Source of the DNA: Paraspadella gotoi
Lineage: Eukaryota > Animalia > Chaetognatha
Length of the DNA stretch: 64,000 bases
Direction: 5' to 3'
NCBI GenBank assembly: GCA_051294375.1
Contig: CM119268.1
Span: 10,974,507-11,038,506 of the forward strand
Shown in pieces: positions 1 through 13,701 of this stretch; the first letter of the stretch is position 1; every line of letters starts with the position of its first letter. The translations under genes and the position numbers were made by a program. Below the pieces are notes generated by a model. The model did not search any database. It was not told where the DNA came from and saw only the letters and a program-made list of their open reading frames with translations.

Positions 1-102
1 TTGACTTCTGGCCAAAATTTCCTCACAAAACGTCATTCACTTCTTGCGCGCTCTTTTAAAAAAATATGTTAGGATGAGAGGAGAGAGATGAGAGGAGAGA
101 GA

Positions 103-133
<31 letters not shown>

Positions 134-432
134 TATACGCGACTTTTAGCTTTCAACATCTCGCGAACAAATTGAAGGAAGCCTCTTTTTTTCCCCTTAC
201 GACGTCGTAACCTCTCGACGCCCTTCATTGAATTCATTCTCCTCTTCTCTCTCTCTCTCTCTCTTCCTCTCTCTCTCTCTCTCTCTACGGTCCTCTAGCG
301 TCCTTGAGCGTTTTAGGATTGCATATAAAGCTTTAGTTTTATCAGACGCGTTAGTATTATAACGTAATAAATTAGTGGAGCTTTGTTTACGAAAAACACA
401 TCCGTTTTATATTTCGTGATTTGCTCTGACAG

Positions 433-2040
433 GACGTCCTCTTTCTTCCCATCTTTCGAATACCCCCGTTGGGAAATCTGCTCAACTCTCTCACCCCTCA
501 CCGCCTGGTTCGTTGTCGTTATCCTCCTTCTCAAGGAAGACCTTGTCTTATTTACGACCCTTCAGGGAAACTCGTTTCATCGACAGCGAAAAACAGAGAG
601 GAGAATTCATCTCGCGACGCGCCGGCCGCCGCAGCCGAAGCCGCCGCGGCGCCGCCCGTCACGCCCTCCGTCCCTGTCGCCACCCCGGTCGACGCGGGAA
701 AGCGTCGGCGTCCCTGCGTCGGCAAGCGGGGAAAACTACATCCTGACGGTTCGAGGTGGAAAGGCAGCAAGTGTAAAATGTGCTTTTGTCAGGTGAGGAA
801 TAGATTGACTGGCGGGAAAACGAGGTTTTCATTGGGACCGACCGTCAGAGCCGGGGGGGAGTTGCGAGTTGAAAAAAAAAAAATTGTTTGTTCAGAGGAG
901 TGTTAAGTTTATCAGTTTACTTCATAGGTCGTCGCTAAAAACTTGTGGAGAGACATTATGAATTTGATAATTCAAGGTACAATTGTTGACCCAATAAGGA
1001 AATTAATTTTCTGGGTTAATTGAAAGAGGCAAAATGATTAAATGAACTTAAGAAATGAAATTTACTAAACCGTTAGCAACTAATACTTACAAGGAGTCAA
1101 AACCTGGTTTTTTTCCGTCTCATAACTAAGAACCTTTCCTCCACCATCCATGCCACGGTCTTTTGACTTTCCGTCGTCTCTCACGTGTCACTTGGGTTGA
1201 AAAGGCTGTGAAGAACTGTCCATTCCCGAGCGACTCGCCGGTTGTGGGAAAGGAAGCCATTTGAGTGAACTTTCACGAAGCCATTTTCACCGGCTCGGGG
1301 TTTTCGTCCGTTCGTCCTGTGAAGATTTCCTACCGTCGCTATCGGGTCATTTGAGTCAACGTTAACGGTCGATCAGGGGCGAAAGTTTTCGGTGTGATTA
1401 ATCTTTGTCGTCGTCCATCGTCGTCGTCGTAGACATAATTGACGTCGCCGGAGAAATTGAGGCGGTATTTAAATTTGGGGGGCTTAGGGGTCGAATCTTG
1501 GGTCAAATGTGACCTTGGAAACCGATGAGTCATGACGCCGAGAGTGAAAGAACTAAATTGTTAGATACTCAGTCTGTACGCCAATTTTCGGGAAAATCAC
1601 TAACGAAATTGGGTGAAGCAACCGGGTCAAGAAAGGGGAGGGGAATAGAAAATGATAGGAAGGAAAATTTAGGGAGGAATGGGGGGGGGAAAGAATGATA
1701 AAAGGGAATGTGTGAAAAGGCAGAGATTCTTTTCTGTAATACTAATAGCGTTTTTGTCCGGACGATGCTTCCGGCTTTAAAGATGCTTTTTCATGTTGTA
1801 TGGTTTTTGCTGGAGCGAGCGCGACTTTGCGAGTTATTATTCTATATAAAAACATAAATTAGATTTATGGAAATTATTAACATATTTTTTAAAAACGTAG
1901 TAATGATAAAATAATCTTTTTAACAGGACGGTCGAAAAATGTGCAAAGATCGGATAAAGTGTCCTTCGCTTCGTTGCAAAATGCGCTACAGAAAAAACTC
2001 CCGTTCTTGCTGCTTGAGATGTAAAACGAGCGGCCCATGA
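433..2040 (+). CDS. 3' exons of a gene ending in a von Willebrand factor type C (VWC / chordin-like cysteine-rich) domain; 5' part not identified
   Basis: Exon 433-792 (acceptor gacag, donor GTGAGG) splices in phase 0 to exon 1927-2040 (acceptor taacag, stop TGA). Joined peptide CVGKRGKLHPDGSRWKGSKCKMCFCQ|DGRKMCKDRIKCPSLRCKMRYRKNSRSCCLRC fits the VWC cysteine spacing (C..G..W....C..C.C..G...C....C...C....CC..C), preceded by an Ala/Pro-rich linker. Confidence 0.8.
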
Positions 2041-3255
2041 ACCTTTTTAAAAAAAAGCCCAACCGACCGGAGATCCATGGCCAACCAAAAAAAGGAGAGA
2101 GAGGAAAAAAAAATCGAACGATCTACGTAAAAAAACTTGAGAAAAGATTAATTTTGCCCTTGCTGAGATTTGAGTGAATCTGTTGCCGAACGTTTCGCGA
2201 AAAAAAAAAAAGGTTTCTAGGTTTCTGACTGTAATGAGATTGAATTAATTAACATAAAGTTTGATGAATTTGTAATCTAATGACCGTAAAGTGTTATCAG
2301 TGGTTTTTTGCCTCGCTAGATTCTAATTTTATTTTCTTGTTTTCAATATGCATTTTTTCTTGACAAATTGAATGAGAGTGAAATTGAAAAACGGCTTTAG
2401 GTAGCGAAAAGAAATTAAATCATAATTTTAACATTTTGAAATCGTTATTCCAGTTTTTATATTGGAGCTCTAATTCATATTAAGCCGATGGTAAACTGTT
2501 TTTGAGAAAAGCAACCTTTGAGTGAAGAGATAAAAATAAAATGAAGAGGGAAAAATAAAAAGATTTCCGGTAAGTCTACAAAAGTAAGTTACCAAACAAA
2601 ATTAACTGTTTTTAGCTTATTTTTTATGGACTCTCCGCATGTTTTCTTATCGATTATCGCTAGTCCGCGGTTTTGACGTTTTCGAGAAATCTTTGACCCG
2701 TCGAAGTTCATTATGGTTTAATTTTCTTGTTTATTTTTGTGTGGCGGGGTGTCCCAGATAATGCGATAAACGAAAGCTCGCGTCCGAGTCTTTCGATGTA
2801 TAGGATTTTTCGTGACCTTCAATTTCTTTTCACTCTTTCTACAATTATCGGGGGAAAATATTTTTTTTTCGAATCGAATGGAACGTTTACACTTAATTCA
2901 TTAACTATTGTTTTCAACCATTAACTTTGTTTGAATTAAGTTTTGATTACACTTTCTCCGAGCGATTTATTTTAGATGCGTTTTTTTTTTCTTCTTCAGG
3001 TATTGCGTTTTCCGCCGAGAGCTTTTCAAAATTATTTATTAACACTATTCGCTCTCATTATTTGTTACAGTAATTTTTTCGCAATATTTCCATTTGGCAA
3101 AACTGCATCGCCATTCTTCATCCACTCGTAAATGGAGGCGGAGAGAAGAAGGAACCAATAATTTTTTTTCTTCAAAAAGTAGAAAATTTATTTACGTAAA
3201 GCGGTTTTTTTTTTCACATCTTCTACGTAAGTAGAAAAAATAAAGCGCCGTGCCC

Positions 3256-6200
3256 ATGGCTCACATACGCCGGCTCACATTTGGTGGTGTCCCCGACGAC
3301 CTGGAGGACGGCCACCATGTCGCTGCACATGTCCTCGGTGCAGCCAGACAGCTACCCAGGAGGGCTGCGTGGACAGCCTTGGCCGTTATCAGCGGCCGGA
3401 GCCAAGAAGCAGTGTGAACATCAACGGTCCCGATGGGCTTCGCAGCACTTCTGCGCCAGCCTCGCCGAATCTAGCCCGCGGATTCGTGCTGGGTAAGGTG
3501 GGATCGGGTTGGGGGGAAGGGGAAGTGATAGCGATGGTAATGAGTAATATATAAATGCTGTAGCTGAAAGAGATGAGTTCTTGCACTTTAGCGATAAGAA
3601 CAAAGAGGAAATGAGTAGAACAAAGAACTTCAGCCCTCCCTCCCACAAAAAAAATGGGAAAAAGTAGGCGTGAGAAAACCGGAACAAAAAAGAAGCGTTC
3701 CCCCGCTGAGACTCGTTCGGTTCGCTGTTAAGTAACCGCTCGGCTCTTGGAGAGAATGACCATCGAATTTCTTGAGAGCTTTCTCCTGTTTTCCGACATT
3801 TGGTCGCCGAAAACCTCATAATCGGTTTCCGAAGGATCTGTATGTGCCAGTATCGGCCTATTGGGGTAATCTGTGCTGCAGTGACTGCACCTGCGATTCC
3901 TTCTCTCGATGTGCTATGTAATTGTGCAACTTGCAAATATTTTCGAATTGAGAGAGAGTGTTTTCATCGGAAAATTTTGAATATATCGCGGAGAAACTGA
4001 ACCCCGGATGTAACTACGATAAAACAAACCGGCATTTATTTGAAAAACTACAAAACCCGGATGTAACTTTCTAAAGGAAAAATATCGGATTGGGTTCGGC
4101 GTCCCGACGCCATTTTTTTTTCTTCCCCGCGTTTTTTTAGGCGCCCATCGGAACGTGATTGAAATTCGATTTGTCAAAACTAATTTTCGTTGCCCCGCTC
4201 AATTTTTTTTTTTTTTTTTTGAGTTTTTAGTTTTTTCCCAACTAATCTAAAGCCATCGGGCATTCTTTCTCGTTTCCTTTCTTTTTTTTTCTCGCTCTTT
4301 TTTCTTGTTTCTCCCTTTTTTAATATCTCTTTATTTATTTTCTTTCTCCTTTTTTTATTTTTAAAATACCCGTTCTCCACGAGGAGCCGAACACATAGTT
4401 TTTGCAGCTTTAACTTAAAAAATATTTAAAACATATTTTACAATTTTTTTTTTTAGCAAATCTAAACCTATTCTTAAAATTGAAAAAAATAGGATTTTAA
4501 AATTTAATGATTTATATAAAAACATTTATTAATATTATAATATTTTTTTTAAAGTTTAATTATTTTTGTTATATATAAAAAGGCAGAAAAAAACATTGTT
4601 CCATCGCTCAATTCATCGCTCCACCCTATTATATAATCACGACCCTAAGATTTAATAAACCTCATATTTTTTTCCTCTTTGGGCTCTCATCAACTTTGTA
4701 ATCCTCTTTTTACAATTTTAGTCCTGTTCACTCTTGTTTTTATTATCTCACATTCCTTATTCCCCCCCCCCCTTCCCCCCAAAATCCGTTCCTCCTCAGG
4801 CTATTCCCTCTCCTTCTATCCGGAATTAGAAAAATTGGTCTCCTAAGCAACGCCGACGAAACCTCGTGGTACGGATCCTTGACGTCCGATTGGTTCTCTC
4901 TTCGGCGCTCTCATTGGTGGATATTTCTCTCAATACCTTAGGAAGAAAACTGAGGTAAGTGATGGTTTATGCAAAAACGCGCTGATGGCGCGCGAGGCCG
5001 TGCGAAGGGCGCGAGATTTGACTGTGGAATCTCTCTATCTCCATCATTTTCCCTTCTCTCCCCCCCCTCTCTCCCTTCCTCTCTACCCGCTTTCTGTCTT
5101 GAGTGTTTTCTCCCGGGGGCATTTGGAACGAGAAATCAGATTGAAAGATGTTGCCCGCGCGTTTTCTTGTCTAGTTTGTGATAGTTTGCCACGAATACTC
5201 CCGTATCTAGTGATATGTTCCAAACACTTTGTCAACTCCCCTCCCTCTCTGTTTTTTAAAAAGCACCATGCTGACCTGTATCCCCCCCTAGCGTTCGGTT
5301 GGGTTAGCCATCGTCATGGCGACGACCATCGGATGGCTCTACTTGGGGCGCGCTCTTCACGGCGTCGGCAACGGAATGTCTTCGCTCGTCACCTCCGTCT
5401 ACGTCTCCGAAGTCTCTTTCGCTCCAACGCTCGGGGTGAGAGGGAACTCGGTTTGGCGGGAAAGAATTTTTTTTTTGAAATCCCGAGAAAAACGAAATGA
5501 AAAAAATCTGCCGCTGGCCAAAAAAAATGGCGTACTTGGTATTGTCCTTGAAAATTGCGTGGTGGTTTTTTTTTTTTCATTTTTATTGCTTGCATATCTA
5601 AAAAAGTTAATAAAATACAAATATAAAAATATATAAAATTTGTTCATGTCATGATTGCTGCTACGTCGACATTGCTTGACGCAAGTCGGCCTTAGGCTTT
5701 AGACCTCAGGCTTTCATTATTAAAAAAAATATTACATTTAATTTCCTTCAGAATGCTAAAAAGATATTAGTATATTGAAAGGAGCTTATGTAGGCTTGGA
5801 AATGCGTTTGCCACAAATTGCAAACTTTCGTGAAAATCTTTCTCTCTTCCTCTTAACTTTTCCCGCGAATTATTTTTTCCTCAAGCGAAAATTAATTGTT
5901 CGCTCAGGCATGTTGGGAACCATCAATCAGATCGCGGCATCCGTCGGCGTCTTTGTCGTCTACCTCCTGCCTTTTGCACTGGACTACAAATGGCTGGCGG
6001 TCTGCGGAGGAATCAACGCCGCCGTTACCATGTGATGATCGACCTTTTATGCCCGAGACGCCAAGGTGAATTACTTTTGATCCAATTGGGCGCTGATTCC
6101 AAAACCCTACCTAAGTCGCAAGTTGTGCCCATTTTCACAGGTGGTTGGGTCTCCAAAAGGGCGAACTCCCGAAGCAATCGACAATTCATGTGGCTTCGCG

Positions 6201-9200
6201 GTTGCGACAAGGGAAACGGCGCAGATGGTCATCCTCAAATTGGAGGAAGAGATGATGAAGCAACACACGAGCTTCTCCATCCAAAGAGCTCGTCCACCCG
6301 GAGGTTTTAAAACCATTCGCCATCTCTCAACTCTCCATGTTCTTCCAACAATTCACAGGGCCTATTCGTTCTTTTGTTTTATACGCAAACGATATTTGAG
6401 GTAATGGAAGGCGAATCGAAGCAAAATTTACTTTTTAATTTCAGTAAAGTTATAAGTAAGAGTTTATAAGAGCGTTTTCGTAAATAGTCCTAGATTGAGA
6501 AGAATCGAAGTTCTCGAGATGAAAAAAAAAAAAAAACAAAAAAAAAACCGAACCGAATTCCAATGATTTTCTGTTAGTCCCAGATTCGAGCCCAGTTTTC
6601 TCGCAATTTTCTCTTTTGGCGCGCACTTTACCTCTGTGTCTCACAGCCTCAGGATCTAGGCAAGTGTATTTTCTTTTTATCGCCCATCGATTTCGGCGAC
6701 AGCTCTATTTTCCGCTTCGGTCGTCTGATGTTTTTTTTTTCTTTCTTGCAATGATGCAACCAATGGCATCGACGTCAAAGATGGCGGCGCCCAACACTTT
6801 CTTTTTTTTTCTTTTTGCACGATTCGCCACGTTGTGACGTAATCACTTAGTTTTTTTTTTTTACCTATGCAATCCTCACCTCTGAATGATTCACAACTCA
6901 TTCACGTGAGCGGAAAGGCGAAAAAACGAATGTCATTTAGCGCCGACGTGGTCGAATTTATAAAACGCTCCTCGTTATGCAAGAAGGGAGCGCCAGGGAG
7001 CTCGCCTACGTAACGCGAATGACGGTTTGTGCTATCTCGCCCTTTTTGATTCGCAACGAGTCATTTTTTTTCCTTAGATGGTCGGGTTCGCCAATGGCAA
7101 AGCGGCGACGGCCCGTGATGGGCGCGTCACCGTCATCGCCTACGCCTTCACGCCTGCTGCTCGTCGAACGCACGGGGCGTCCGGATCATGCTAAATATTT
7201 CCGCCATCGTGAGTGGATTACTGGAGCGAATGATAAGATGACGAGGAGAGAGAGGCAATTTGGGGGCGACCATTATTTGCCTTAGATTCGACAAGGTGGC
7301 CAAATGCCTCATCTTTTCTATGGCTCGACCATTAGCGGTTCTATCACGTCTCCCTTTTGAGCCTTTTTCTTCTCCGTAGTTTATTTTTTGGATGGTGGGG
7401 AAAAATAAACTGTGAAAATGGGAAAGCTTTGTCGTGAAGGTTTTTGCTCGGCGCAACTCGATATAGGACGTTTTCGTAAGTCAATTCGCCAAATATAATA
7501 TGGAGAATAAAGAGAGTCTTGATTGAAAGCTTGCAGGATGCTTGTCACTGTAGAGTGATAGGCTCTAATCACAAAGCCTGTCCAAAGTCAGGGGCAAAGA
7601 TAGTTATTTAATTAAATGAATGGATAATTTTTATATTGGTTGTACATTCATAAAGCAATTAATGTAGTTATTAAAATAAATATTTATAAGCCATGATATT
7701 ACGTAGAACGCTCTTATGAGTTATGTGTTTCAATACCTTTCCCTCGATTTAATTTTTACTTTAGGGGAGTTCGAGCTTTTATTTCTTCTTTTTAGGCGTC
7801 TCGTGAGTGCTACCGCGTTGGGCGCCTGTTTTTTACGTTCACCGACATTGAACAACTTGGTACCCGACAACTCGACTCACGGTGAGAGATGACGATGTGA
7901 GGTTTAAAATTCAATGCAACGATGATTTTATATGTGACACTTGTTTTAAGGTTTAAAAATTCAGAGAAAAAGATTAACATGACTATCGCATAAAAATCGA
8001 AAGTTTTCTTAATGTCTCTTACTCCCCCAGGTTTTTCCGTTGCCACGACAACGGCGCCTCTTAAGGAGGAAGTGAACCGAATCATCTCCTACGTGGCGCT
8101 CATCGCTGCAGTCGGTTACATGGGGTCATAACTCGTTTGGATACGGCCCGCTGCCATGGGTCTCATCAGTGAAACTCATTCCCCTCAGAGCCAGGGCCAC
8201 GGTGAGATATGTGGGGGGGGGATAAGAGTATATTTCCAAATTAAACGAATTAGTTAAATATTTCGAGTTTTAACATTTTAGTTTGTTTTGAAATGTTAAA
8301 TTGTACTGTTTATTGGAGAACGAAAGCCACGTTAGATAAGGTGCCAATATAATAGGTATTGCTTATTATTAAACCAATGAAGCAGCAGTAACTAGTAACA
8401 AATGATTGCTCTGAGCGGAAAGTAGCCTAATCAAGATCGTTCCGGCCGTTGGTCGTCTCCTGAGACCAAGTAATGAGGATGAGTGGAACACATGGTCCAT
8501 GATCTGGATTTCCTGGCGCTCGCGAACACCAAATGCGAATTGGGAAATAGTTAAATAAATCGTCTGGCTTTCAGTTGAATCGGCATTTTTAAAAAGTCAA
8601 TTTGAAGCTACAAATTGGAAATTGAAATACTAGTTGCATTGAGCTGAATTGAAAAAAAAATTCTATGCCGTCTCTAGTTTTTGTGAGAAAAAAAAATACA
8701 GAAAAAAGGGCGTTGCCTCACTGCACCGTAATCCTCAAGAGGACAATCGGCGACTAACCATTCTATGGCCCTTTCGCCGCCCGCCTCGCCGCCTTTCTAG
8801 CCATTCCCTTTCAATTCGCTAATGAGTTTCGCGAATTCCAATAAAAAAAAAAAATGTTGTCCTCGTTTAATTCACCTGGAATTTTTTTTACCTGGGCTTC
8901 GCCATCATTTTGTTTATTGACATCGTTATCGTTTTCTTCGCTCGTAACGATTTCTATTTATTTTATTTTTTTAACAGTGGGAGGAATCGCCGTGTGCCTT
9001 ACTTGTTGTTTGTCAATTCAGCGTGACAAAGCCTTCGCACCTCTCAGCGCCGCCATCGGCACGGCGGGCTGCTTCTGGCTTTTTGCCGGCTTTCCTCCCT
9101 TTCGCTCATTTACGTGACGTTTTTGCTTCCGAGACCAAGGGCCGAACGCTGGAAGAGATCGAGTACTACTCAAGGAGGGACATTTCCCCGATAAATACTC

Positions 9201-9240
9201 CAGCCTCCGCCGACCCAAGATCACTACCAGACCCGTGTGA
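3256..9240 (+). pseudogene. SLC2A8: SLC2A8/GLUT8-like sugar transporter, copy A; all 9 exons present but frameshifted (probably read errors rather than a true pseudogene)
   Basis: ATG at 3256, exon 1 donor at 3493, later exons colinear with the clean copy at 27587-32030, stop at 9238-9240. Many 1-nt indels are spread equally over exons and introns. Confidence 0.75.
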
Positions 9241-9628
9241 ACGGAGCTTTGTTTGTTTACATTTAGTATTTTTATTCCGCCGCTACAATTGTTGTGCGAT
9301 CGGGTTTAGTTTTTTGACAGTTTAATTTTTTTTTTTTTTTTTTTCAATTTTCGTTTTTGTGACTGTCGCTTTGGTGGTGTTTGAAATGATAAAATTATTT
9401 CGTAAAAAGCAAATTGTTTTAATATTTTATATCAACGCCAACAATTGCCAAAAATACTGCAAGATTAGAAGCCTTTTGTTTCTTATAGTCAAGAGATCCA
9501 AGAGATGGCGAATGCAATACGAAAGAAAAAACAAAAGATTTAAAAACAAACTTTGAACGAAGAGAATCAGAATTGGATTCTGAAAATCATTTTGGGCTAA
9601 AGTAAAGAGCAAGGTTAGCTAATTTCAT

Positions 9629-11660
9629 TCAGTTCTTAGGCCCGATAGGACGCTTTTAGGCCACTTGGCGGGCGCCGCTCTGCCAAACCCTAGACTTTGC
9701 AGCGAGTCCTGCGGCCACGAACGCTCCGGTAGGCCCGAGACGCAAGACCAATACCGCCATAGTGTTGGGCGTCACCGTACAGCGTCGCTTAACAAGTGCG
9801 TAAGGCGCGAGTTTCGATAAGGGACGTGGGGCGTCCCTGCGACGTCGCGTGTAAGCACGGTCTGCCAATCGGCTGCCAGGCTCCGATTGATGTGGGAGAG
9901 TCTCGCGGGAGTGCGGCGGCATGTCTCTAGTGACGCCCCGCATTGCCGACGCATTCGATCCGGCGAGGTCGACCCACCCAAGAGGCGTCGCGCGAGGGGG
10001 AGTAACTAAGGCGACTACGAATCCGTGGACTTCCATCCCCTTGTCCTCGATCGGCACTCGACAACTCCGTCTTGTGTCTCTGTCGCACGATCGCGCCGAA
10101 CTGCCCACGTTGGCGCCTTGAGTTAGTGCGCACGCAAGTTTTTTAGATGTTGCGCCGACGCGCCCTGCGTTCCGGCGTCCGACGGAAGACTTTCGATCTG
10201 GCGGGAACTTTAGCGAGGCGTGTCGGACCTTGAAAAAACGTCTTTCTTCTCCCGATTCTCCTGAACGGCAACCTCGACGAGACGACCTAATGCGACCTCG
10301 ACTCTGATCGCGCGTGCACGTTTGTCGCTACTTTCGCACGCGCCGACTTCCAATCTCGACAAACGCGACTTATTCTCGGCGTCGCGCACCGAAATCGCGT
10401 TTCCACCGTCGCGAAAGAGCCACGGAACGCGTCGGCCAACACCCCGACGTCGGCTTAAGCTCGGGTCGCCAAGAAGGTCGCACTTCCGTTTGTTGTAGAC
10501 TTCCACGACGGAAACGCGCGACGGTGGTGGGGTCCGGAGGAATCGAAATCGAGTTTGAGACCGGGTTATGCCGATAAGTGCTCGATCGATGCTTCCCTTT
10601 CCTTTCAGCCATCGCGTCGAAGAGGAAATTTCGGCGCCGCACCGCGGGAACGATTCCCTCTTCGCCGACACATCCGTCAACCGATCATACCAGTGTGCGT
10701 TTCCCGCTGCCTGTTTTGACCGTAGGGCGAGGACGGCGGCGTCAATAGCGTCGACTACTGAAAAGTCAGCATCGGGCGCCACTTCCTTCGAAGACGTCGG
10801 CCCTGAGCCTCGTCACGGCGCGAAAGACGCGTTTCGAATGCGAAGGGACTTCACGCCGTCGCGGGCTTGTACGGACTTTCGAACGAACTCCTCAATTGCT
10901 CTGCGCACCGGCAACCGCTCCTCGCGATTCGCGTCACGCATAGCGTTGGACGCACGCGGCACAGCACACACGGAATTCCGCGAGTTCCAGACGAGTTGTG
11001 GAGGTCGCGGCGAACGGGAGCGCTCGCGACCCACAAGCGGACTTCAACGCTATCGGATTCGGCGTGACGACCGCGCCAACTCTGTGGCCATCTCTTCTAA
11101 AGCAATAGTGCGTTCTTCGATGCAGATGTTGGCGGTTTCGGGCCGACGTCGTACGATGCGAGCGTCGATTCGTCAGATCTTGAGTCTCGAGGCGCGAAAC
11201 GCGGTCTGCGTGTAAGGGAGAGGATTGCGGCGGCGTTCCTCGCGAAGAGTTGTTGGAGAGAGATCATCATTTGGCGCGTCTTCGAATCAAGAACTCTTTA
11301 GCTCTACAAAATTTTTTATTCATTGATTAAATGTACAATAATATTTCATTCTACGTATCCTTTGACTATCTTTGTAAATAAACAGTAAGTTTTAGCTACC
11401 AAACTCACCTCCACTTCCATGCCACATTCCGCCCCGCGCTGTAGCATCTCCACTTCCACCTTATCTCTCTTCGATTCGAGCGCCGACGGCGTCTCGGATT
11501 TCTCCTCGAAGCCTGGAGCGACCTCAAATGCATCAATGCGTTCTCCGTTTCCACTTCGGGCGACGCGTTCGTCTCTTGCGCGAAGTTGAGTTTTTAAGAT
11601 CGCGAAGTTTTGCGCTGGCCAGAAATAGACGGCCTCCTCGGGTTCGAGTCTTCCGCGCAT
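9629..11660 (-). pseudogene. KIF25: KIF25-like kinesin, copy A, heavily indel-corrupted
   Basis: Colinear with 32419-34371; fragments VDLAGS, HVPYRNSRLTHLLSDAV and SVVEVYN appear in different frames of the ORF track. Confidence 0.75.
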
Positions 11661-11939
11661 GTTTTTAACTGAAGTCCGATGAATCTCTTAAAATACATCG
11701 CTTTAAAAATTTAACGTATGGGGGTTTTCTTAAAAAAGATAATCAACACGTTTACTGTAACTAAAAATTAAACACAATCAAATTAGAAAAGATGATAAAA
11801 ATGAATGGCAATGATGTTAATCTCGTAAACAAGTATTAACACTTTGCAAAGTCGACAAAAACAAATCGCAACACCAAATTTTTTTTTTATGCATGGCAAT
11901 CAGCAAAGCGACAACGTTTTTTGTCCCCGATAATTCCGC

Positions 11940-13701
11940 TCAGAACTGCTTCAGACTATGTCTTCCCTCATACTCCCATCCCCTGTACTCGTCAATGTAA
12001 GATGGTGTTCGATTTGTTATCGATATCCTCCTCCAGGGTGAGTTGCTGGCGGCGCCAAGCCCTGACAATAAACAAGTCGGGATATAAGTAAATATGAATT
12101 TTAGTACGATTAATATCGGTTGAATCCTTTAACCACATCCTCGCTTAAGCGAACGAATCGACTCCGCCCGGCGATGCCCTGAGTCTCTGAGTTGGTCATT
12201 TAGCTCGTCCCACTCCTTCAGCAGGCGATACTGGACCTGCCGTCCGGTGAGGCTACGACATGGCCGCTTGGCGCGCTCGTCGAGCCGCGTCTGGCGCGAG
12301 CTTCATGGGGATGACCTTGATCCCGATGGCCTTGCGAAGATTCTTGATGTTCTTCGCTCCTGCTCGGATGAGTTGGGCGCACGTTCTCCGAGCTAACTGG
12401 TTCTCAAGACGAACACCTTGGATTCCTTTAAATTCTTCGATGCGTTTCCTTAGTTAATAATGATTTAAAACATTTAAAATTAAAACAAAATTCTATCTTC
12501 CATTAAAAAAAATACTTAACCCAGGCCTCGTAATTTTCCCGAACTTAAACCAATTAAAAATGTACTTAAATTAATAATAAATTCGTTCCAAACAATCGCC
12601 TGTACGCCTCGTTGGTTCTTCCTCTCACCTGACCCGCCATATGGTTGGTCGTCCCTGCGCCAACGTCGTTCCTAACCGCATCGATCGCAGATTCCTGCGA
12701 TTGTTTCTTCTCCGTCCTGATAAAAGTCAAGGAAGTGAACTCCCTCGCCGAACGGAGAACCCGAGATAGCCAGGTCTAATTGCGCAGCCTGTCGGCCATT
12801 CGATGTTTTTGTGAGTGAAATCCTGCCCACCTTCACGGAGACGGAATTTCGGCGTGAATTTTGGATCACGCTCGCAATCCCTTGAAGTCGATCTGGGGGA
12901 CTGGGATTGGCAGCATTTCGCAGTACTACGTCGATGAAAGAGCCTGGCGATGGGAAAGTGATGGTCGAAAAAGAAGGCCAGCCGGAGGGGCACGTAGCAT
13001 TGGCCCTCTATCTTATCGAGTTATTTCCTTCTCAACTTTGAAACTTGTCGTTGAAATCCCTGTGAAGTTTGAAGAGCAAGCGCGTTCGTTGAGTCCGGAT
13101 TTGGCTCCACCATTTCTTTCATGAAAGCGTTTGAAAGTTCCATGACCCCTTTGTTCAAACTTCTACCTTCTTTCATATCAGCTCCTTTTGGGTAGGGTCG
13201 TAGCGTGAGTCGATCCCGCGGCGCCTCTCGCGGTTGCGATGTTGTTCTGAGCGATTGGTCAGCGCTCAGCGATTCCTTCCAGGCACTTTTTCCACGCGCA
13301 CCTGTGGGAATGGAAATCGCGATGAGACATTAGAAAATTAACCAACCGTTTTCACACAACACCATATATATATTCAGCGATTGTAATAACATCAATGCCT
13401 CTCACCCTTGTAGGCCATGAGCTTTTCCGTTCTCCTGCTCAGTCGGTCGAGCTTGTCGTCGGCCTCCTTCCTTCCAGAACCTGATGTCCAAAATTCTCTG
13501 CTGAGCTTTCTTTTTTTTGGACGTCGGCCTGCGTTTGTTAACGTCCGTCTGCGGTCTGATTGGCCAAAACGCCGTCGATTCGGCTATGACCCGTTGCCGC
13601 CATGGATCTTTCCGACTCGGCAGTTTTTGTTTTTGAGCTTGTTGGCGATGCCTCCATTCCTCGATCGTAAACCGCTGGGGCGGCGTCACCAGCTTGGCCA
13701 T
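11940..13701 (-). pseudogene. TEKT1: Tektin-1, copy A, indel-corrupted
   Basis: ORF 13402-13701 begins MAKLVTPPQRFTIEEW; sequence is colinear with the intact gene at 34638-36324. Confidence 0.75.

Noticed and set aside
9629-13701. Genuine KIF25 and tektin pseudogenes from tandem duplication
   Set aside because: Damage is mostly random single-base indels next to 25-N gaps, typical of raw long reads; treated as a probable artefact.
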